Below are positions 58,664-64,000 of a stretch of 64,000 bases of DNA, piece after piece. Positions within the stretch are counted from its first letter, which is position 1; every line of letters starts with the position of its first letter. The notes beneath the pieces were generated by a model. The model saw only the letters and a list, made by a program, of their open reading frames with translations. It ran no database searches and was not told where the DNA came from. The DNA comes from Capsulimonadaceae bacterium. GTDB taxonomy: Bacteria; Armatimonadota; Armatimonadia; Armatimonadales; Capsulimonadaceae. The position numbers and the translations under genes are program-made. Where the stretch lies: NCBI GenBank assembly GCA_965215505.1, contig OZ244065.1, positions 3,616,001 to 3,680,000 of the forward strand, read 5' to 3'.

Positions 58664-58778
58664 GTAGGTAAAACTACCGGCGTCCCGCAGTACCCCCGCC
58701 AGCGGCATTCGAGCCTCCCTGCCCGTGTTTCTCTTTGTATACCGCCGTCTTTAGCTGATCCCGGAAAGGAACACTGTC

Positions 58779-59666
58779 ATGCGCTCCTTCTGTTCTCTCT
58801 CGTCCAAATCCGGCCCGTTTGCGGCATCGGTTGCTGCCGTTTTCGTGCTGACTGCTCCGGCACAGGCCCAAACCAACCTGTTCTCCGAAACCGTCAGCGT
58901 GGCGGCTGGAAACGCCTCGCAGAGAAGCACGGACCCGACTCAGCCCGCGATCAGCGCCTCCGGCAGCGAGAGCTTCCCTGGCGAGTCCGACTCCGGCCTG
59001 AGCCGGATCACCCAGATCGGGGTCTTCAACGGGAATGCCTCTGCGGATCTGTCCCCTCCCAGCATGTTCCCCGAGTCGCGCGACAGTGTCAACGGCACCT
59101 ATCAGGACATCTGGCAGCTCCGGTATGTGGGAGCCGACCCGCACCCAGGCCCCGCTCGGATTACCCTCGGGGAAGCCGTGAGCGTGGACCTGTCTAACTC
59201 CGGCTCCACACCCTCTTCCGTCGCCAGCAGCGACTTTTCCGGCAACTTCAACCTCTCGGATCAGGGGAATGCGTACCACGAGTACCTTTTCGACGGCCCA
59301 AACGGCACCAGTTCCGACACAGGCGGCATCACCTTGACCTTGCAGCCGGGGGAAGAGTTCGATGTCAGCTACCAGTGGATGGCGCAGGCCGAGGACCTCA
59401 TTGTCAACGGTGCGGTGCCTAGCGGTCCGCTCACGAGCCGTGTGGATTATAGCGGACTCGTGGGCTTCATCGCCCCGGCGGATTACGTCGTCTACAGTGT
59501 GGGACAAAGCACCGGCGGTGTCGGGAATCCCCTCGGCATCCCGCTCTCGTCTCTCCCACCGGTCCCGGAAGCCTCCACAACCGTCTCCTTCGGACTGCTG
59601 CTGGCCCTCGGCGCGGGCGGGCTGGTGGTCGCGGCGCGGCGCAGGAAGGGCGCCCCTTCCCTGTAG
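58779..59666 (+). CDS. PEP-CTERM sorting domain protein
   Basis: Signal peptide; VPEASTTVSFGLLLALGAGGLVVAARRRK. Confidence 0.85.
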   Translation: MRSFCSLSSKSGPFAASVAAVFVLTAPAQAQTNLFSETVSVAAGNASQRSTDPTQPAISASGSESFPGESDSGLSRITQIGVFNGNASADLSPPSMFPESRDSVNGTYQDIWQLRYVGADPHPGPARITLGEAVSVDLSNSGSTPSSVASSDFSGNFNLSDQGNAYHEYLFDGPNGTSSDTGGITLTLQPGEEFDVSYQWMAQAEDLIVNGAVPSGPLTSRVDYSGLVGFIAPADYVVYSVGQSTGGVGNPLGIPLSSLPPVPEASTTVSFGLLLALGAGGLVVAARRRKGAPSL

Positions 59667-60028
59667 CTGCCTCCACGGCAGCCGAGCAGAAGGCGCGGGC
59701 GAGAACAGCCGCCCGCGCCTTGTCCATCTAGGCGATCCCCGCCACCCTGCCCCGGTCCGAAGGCCAGCAGAACACGCCCGCCCCGTAGGGGCGCACCTGC
59801 GTGTGTGCCCTCCTTGACCCGTGTGCGCCCTCCTCTTGAAGAAGGGACTGTCGCCCCGCCGCCGGAACGTGGCACCCTGCCCGACCCATATCTGATTCCC
59901 TCGTTCACGCCAGAGGAGCCGCCGACCGCGAGAATGGACGCTTTTGGCGGTTTGAAGTCTTGCCTGGCCTCGGCACCGCTAGGATGCTAACCAGTTCGCG
60001 GCGGACACTCTGGCAACGCGAGGGCGGC

Positions 60029-61810
60029 TCACCTGCGGGTGATCAGGACATCCAGGCCGGTGGTCTGACACTCATACCGCTCTGCGCGTCCCCAGCCGAC
60101 GACGAAATAGAGGCGGTCCCCCCGCACCACACGCACCTGGCGGGAGAGGATGAGTGGCCGGGACGGAGAAACGTCGCGGCTCGTCAGAGACACGCCGTTC
60201 AGAAAGAGGTGTGCGTCCGTCGCCGTCAGCCCGTTCACGTCAAGCCCGGAAAACTCCGCGTCGATCCGGTATCCTCCGGCCTCGGGGGCGGTCCAGCAGA
60301 CGGCCGCGTATTCCCCACGAGGGCCTGGATGCAGGGAAACCTGGTTAGGCTGCCAGGTCAGGCCGATCTGGCTGATGCGTCCGCCGCTCATGTTCTTTAG
60401 CACAGTCGGATCGGTCCATGCCGGATCGTGCCAGCAGACGAGACCGTTCGACCCCTGCCTGTGGATCTGGAACGGCCGGAACGTCTCCGGGATGGGCGTC
60501 GGCCCTGGGTCCATCGATCCGTAGGCCCACGCCCCGCTCGGGTTCTCGTAAATGGAGAAGTCCGCGACCAGGCCGTGGACCTCCTCGGGACCGCTCGCGT
60601 GGCGCAGAGAGCGGGTGAGCAGGAACCGCCGGTGGGGGGTCAGGACAGCGGGGGCCAGCAGCGCAAGGCCCAGGCCGCCCGCCAGCAGTCCCCAGGAGCG
60701 CGCCGGGCGGGCGTCGGGTGGGCGGGCCGACGAGGTCAGCCCGCCGAGCCGGCGGACGGCGTCGGCGAAGTCGCGTTCCGCGGCGAGGGCCAGCCCGCTG
60801 CGCCTTGCGAAGACCGTCAGCGCCGGCCCGGCGTCCTGGTCGGAGACGATCATCTCCCGCATGCGCTCCTGGGCGCAGCAGCGTACCTTCCGCTCCAGGT
60901 CCCCGACCGGCAGGCATTGCCAGCGTCCATCGTAGCGTCCATCGTCCGGTGCCCCTTCTGCGCCGAGCGCGAATGAGGCCGCCACGCCCTCGGCGGAGAG
61001 CGCCCTGGCCGGTCCGTGCCGCAGGAGGTATAGGCCCAGCGCCAGGGCGCCCGCCCCGGAGCCGCCCCGCAGGACGAACTCCCGCAGGAAGATTTCGTGT
61101 TCGGGCCGGACCGGCTCGATGCGAACGCTCACGTCAGGGGAGGGGCCGTCACTTGCCGCCACGAGCGACCGGACGGCCGCGGCAGCCCGGCGGAAGACGG
61201 CACCGAAGTCGGCGTCCAGGCAGCGGACCGTCAGCTGCTCTGGATGTGGGAACACCTGACCGCAGGCCGTCGGACACGCCTCCAGGACGAACTCGGCCAG
61301 CACTTGATCTGTTTCCTCGCCGTCCACGATCGCCGCCTCGGAGAGGATCAGAGGGAACCGGAAGCGGGCCGACCGTCGGCCCCTTTCCGTCCGGCCGCTC
61401 CCGAGACGCGGCGGCGTACTCAAATAGGCGGTCAGGCTCTGCCAGAAGGCGTCCGGCAGCCAGGGCCACGGGCCGGCGGTGCCGCAGCGCAGCTCGTCGG
61501 CGATCAGCAGGGCGTCCGCGCCGCGCGCCAGTGCGCCGGCGGCCGTGACCAGGGTCCGCAGCCAGAAGGCGAGCCAGACGGCGGTCTCGGGGCTTCCGCT
61601 CTCCGCCAGCGCTTCACCCGCCGGGCCGTCCAGCCAGGAGAGCCATCTGTCGAACGTCTCGGCCGGGGCTTTAGCCAGAACCGCGTTCCGGCACGCCGCC
61701 GGCATCCGCGGCGGAATTCGCTCCCGCCACTCCAGGACGCGCGTCAGGCGGTCCGGTTCGTTGGTCAGTTTCTCCGTGCTTGTGTATAGATCGTCCAGCG
61801 AACAGTTCAC
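60029..61810 (-). CDS. Membrane protein: Lon-like (S16) protease-fold domain + TM + extracytoplasmic beta domain
   Basis: LRGGSGAGALALGL...VAASFAL...LPVGDLERK resembles Lon DGPSAG...VAMTGEI...LPIGGLKEK; TM WGLLAGGLGLALLAPAVL. Confidence 0.6.
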   Translation of the reverse strand: MNCSLDDLYTSTEKLTNEPDRLTRVLEWRERIPPRMPAACRNAVLAKAPAETFDRWLSWLDGPAGEALAESGSPETAVWLAFWLRTLVTAAGALARGADALLIADELRCGTAGPWPWLPDAFWQSLTAYLSTPPRLGSGRTERGRRSARFRFPLILSEAAIVDGEETDQVLAEFVLEACPTACGQVFPHPEQLTVRCLDADFGAVFRRAAAAVRSLVAASDGPSPDVSVRIEPVRPEHEIFLREFVLRGGSGAGALALGLYLLRHGPARALSAEGVAASFALGAEGAPDDGRYDGRWQCLPVGDLERKVRCCAQERMREMIVSDQDAGPALTVFARRSGLALAAERDFADAVRRLGGLTSSARPPDARPARSWGLLAGGLGLALLAPAVLTPHRRFLLTRSLRHASGPEEVHGLVADFSIYENPSGAWAYGSMDPGPTPIPETFRPFQIHRQGSNGLVCWHDPAWTDPTVLKNMSGGRISQIGLTWQPNQVSLHPGPRGEYAAVCWTAPEAGGYRIDAEFSGLDVNGLTATDAHLFLNGVSLTSRDVSPSRPLILSRQVRVVRGDRLYFVVGWGRAERYECQTTGLDVLITRR

Positions 61811-61883
61811 GCGTGCCTCTCCGTGCAGGGAAGATCGAGCTAGGGAAGAGCGAGATCACTAGGGAGGATGCAGATCACGTCCG

Positions 61884-62621
61884 TCAGCCCGTCTCGTGAC
61901 CGTCCGGCGATGCCGGGCTGGCCGCCTCCGGCAGCAGTTCGGCCGCCAGCGCGCTCTGATCCGTCAGCGCGTGCGCGCGCTCGAGAGTTCCCAGGAGCGT
62001 CAGGACGCCGACGCCGATGTTCTTGTGGAGCAGCGGCTGCGGCGCGGCGGGGTCGGTGATCGTCAGGTGTACCAGCCGCCCGGCGAACTCGGCCGCCTCG
62101 GCCGGCGAGACCGTCTCGATCTTGGCGTGGTACTCCCGCCCATGACGCTGTAAGAGCGTGCCCGTCAAACGGCCGTCGGAGCCGGCCACGGGGAACGTCA
62201 CCGTCCGGGTCTCGTCGCCGGACGCGAACGCCCCGGCCCGTGGGGCGAGCGCCCCGAGCGGCATCCGCAGCGCCTCGCGCAGTCCCTCCAGCCAGCCGCC
62301 AGCTTCCTGAGCTTCCTGCGGCGGCCGCCCCGCTTCGGGGCTTTCCCGAGCGCCGTCCCGGCGCTCCGCCCGCACCCGCCCGGCCAGCCGGTAGGTCTGC
62401 CGCCACCGGCCGTACTCCGATCGGCAGTACGCGCAGGCCGTGACGTGGGCCTGAATGCCCCCGGCCCGTGGGTGCCCTGACCCCTGCTCGATCCAGTCGA
62501 GCATTTCGACGGGGTCGGGGCATTCGGGCGTACATGTGCCCCCCTCCCCGCCGAGGGCCTCCGCGATGGCTGGGCCAAGCGGTTCCCGGTCGTCCCCGCG
62601 CGCCCGCGTGTGTTTCTGCAT
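61884..62621 (-). CDS. Zinc-finger (zf-HC2/ZAS) anti-sigma-like protein
   Basis: CPDP..HVTACAYC (HxxxCxxC); directly downstream of ECF sigma; no TM. Confidence 0.75.
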   Translation of the reverse strand: MQKHTRARGDDREPLGPAIAEALGGEGGTCTPECPDPVEMLDWIEQGSGHPRAGGIQAHVTACAYCRSEYGRWRQTYRLAGRVRAERRDGARESPEAGRPPQEAQEAGGWLEGLREALRMPLGALAPRAGAFASGDETRTVTFPVAGSDGRLTGTLLQRHGREYHAKIETVSPAEAAEFAGRLVHLTITDPAAPQPLLHKNIGVGVLTLLGTLERAHALTDQSALAAELLPEAASPASPDGHETG

Positions 62622-62697
62622 TGCAGCCTTTCCGAATTACAGCCTTCCCGATGCGCTCGGCGATCCTCTCGCGCGGGGGACAGTCATCCTAAAACTA

Positions 62698-62726
62698 AGA
62701 CGGACGCAATGTTGCGATTCGTTACA
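62698..62726 (-). promoter_or_regulatory. Putative ECF promoter TGTAAC-N19-GTCT
   Basis: Overlaps sigma stop codon; points at anti-sigma gene; identical layout at 63394. Confidence 0.55.
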
Positions 62727-63336
62727 GCCCCGCCCCTTCCGCCGGCCCGAGACACCGGGCGGCGGCCTCTCGGACGGCGGGCAGTGCGCGGGACTTGCGG
62801 ACCCGCACCGCGCCCGGCTCCATGCCGAGCTGCTTACCGATCTCCTCCGCCGTCATCTCCAGGGTGTAGGCGCAGTAGAGGATGAAGCAAGTCTCGGGCG
62901 TGAGCGTCTCCCGCAGGACGGCCCAGAAGCCGTCGATCCCCGCCTGCTCCAGTGCCCCCGCCTCCGGGCTGGGGCGCGCGGCCACCCCGCCCCCGCACTC
63001 GAGCTCGTCCAGGCTGACGGCGGCGGGGCCGGCGCGCAGGCGTGCCCGCAGCAGGTCGTCGCAGGCATGGCGGGCGATGACGGCCAGCCACGGGCGGATC
63101 TTGCCTGCGTCCTGGAGCGTGTGGAGGCGGCAACTGGCCCGCAGGAGTGCCTCCTGGGCGGCGTCGGCGGCCTCGTCGGGGTCGAGGAAGCGGCGGCAAA
63201 GGGCCTCGACGTAGCCCCGATGCTCCTCAAGCACGCGGCCGATGACCGCCCGCCTCTGGTCTGCCTGCCTTTCCCCGCCGGCCCGGTCCTTCCCCGAATG
63301 CCCTTGGTCCTGATGCGCCATGTCTGCCCCGTACAC
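62722..63336 (-). CDS. ECF RNA polymerase sigma factor
   Basis: AADAAQE, WLAVIARHACDDLLR (region 2); TAEEIG..GAVRVRKSRA (region 4). Confidence 0.9.
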   Translation of the reverse strand: MYGADMAHQDQGHSGKDRAGGERQADQRRAVIGRVLEEHRGYVEALCRRFLDPDEAADAAQEALLRASCRLHTLQDAGKIRPWLAVIARHACDDLLRARLRAGPAAVSLDELECGGGVAARPSPEAGALEQAGIDGFWAVLRETLTPETCFILYCAYTLEMTAEEIGKQLGMEPGAVRVRKSRALPAVREAAARCLGPAEGAGL

Positions 63337-63393
63337 ACGCCCTTTCCTGAGAATGAACAGCCTGAGACTATTCTACACCAAAATTCGGCGCGA

Positions 63394-63422
63394 TGTAACG
63401 CTCCAGGCAAAAATGGCAGTCT
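63394..63422 (+). promoter_or_regulatory. Putative ECF promoter TGTAAC-N19-GTCT
   Basis: Upstream of Tat lipoprotein gene; same spacing as 62698-62726. Confidence 0.55.
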
Positions 63423-63522
63423 ACCACTGTGACGATGGATCTCATAAGACGACGCATCTCATCGCCCGCCCCGAAGCATGATCGTTAGCTTAGATCAATC
63501 ACCTGATCCAAAGGAGTTTCTT

Positions 63523-64000
63523 ATGCGCCAGGAAAAGTCGGAAGCGACATATGCCGAGGCCGTTGCGCGGCTAGTCCGTCAGGATGTGAGCCGCCGCGAG
63601 TTCCTGCGCGCCCTCTCGGGCGGCGCGCTTGTCTTCGCCGCCGGTGGCCTGCTCGCCGGCTGCGGCGGGGGTGGAGGTGGGGGAAACTCCTCGGGCACAG
63701 GGCAGGCGGTTAGCACTCGCGTCATGTCCGCTACAGTCAATACTCAAGAGATCGGCGGCAGTGGGCTTGTAATCCAGTCGGGTCTTCAGGCTGCATCCCC
63801 ACTATCTGCCTCTGGTGCATTCACAACAAAAACCTCGCAGCAAGGAGCGCAACTGCTGAGTGTTGCTGATGGGGCTGGGAAAATTCGGGGGCTTATGATC
63901 GCGGTCCCTGCCGGAACGGCTAACTCGGCACGCCCAAAGGCAACCGGCTCGGCTGATCCAAGAGCGACTGATTCTACGCAGATTGACGCGGCATCCACTG
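63523..64000 (+). CDS. Tat-exported lipoprotein (partial; runs off window end)
   Basis: Read manually: AAAGGAG RBS; SRREFL twin-arginine motif; LAGC lipobox; frame open to the end. Confidence 0.75.
   Translation, partial: MRQEKSEATYAEAVARLVRQDVSRREFLRALSGGALVFAAGGLLAGCGGGGGGGNSSGTGQAVSTRVMSATVNTQEIGGSGLVIQSGLQAASPLSASGAFTTKTSQQGAQLLSVADGAGKIRGLMIAVPAGTANSARPKATGSADPRATDSTQIDAAST

Overview
High-GC bacterial chromosomal window. The PEP-CTERM tails (VPEAxTTxSFGLLLxLGAGGxxVAARRRK) and the DUF1559/H-X9-DG prepilin-like proteins suggest Armatimonadota (Capsulimonas-like); this assignment is an inference. The centrepiece is a dnaA-recF-dciA(DUF721) locus with no dnaN. The ~450 bp dnaA-recF gap has the layout of a replication origin (tandem boxes, then DnaA-trios, then an AT-rich stretch), but it contains ~19 GTCACA-core boxes (9 perfect TGAGTCACA) and no canonical TTATCCACA. 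The adjacent DnaA has a rewired DNA-recognition helix (GLKSHTAIVHA instead of GGRDHTTVLHA). Other notable items: an ECF sigma / Zn-finger anti-sigma / membrane-anchored Lon-like protease module with two matching TGTAAC-N19-GTCT promoters; sigma54 promoters ahead of both PEP-CTERM genes; an IS1 InsA-like domain fused to a LacI regulator opposite a GH12/GH5-CBM13 operon; a wzm/wzt surface-glycan cluster with an in-frame palindromic element inside a glycosyltransferase; an NRMT-type Nramp operon with a structured leader; a frameshifted higB; a HEPN-like module; and at least six families of REP-like palindromes, several with short tandem arrays at their edges. No rRNA, tRNA or CRISPR array was seen.
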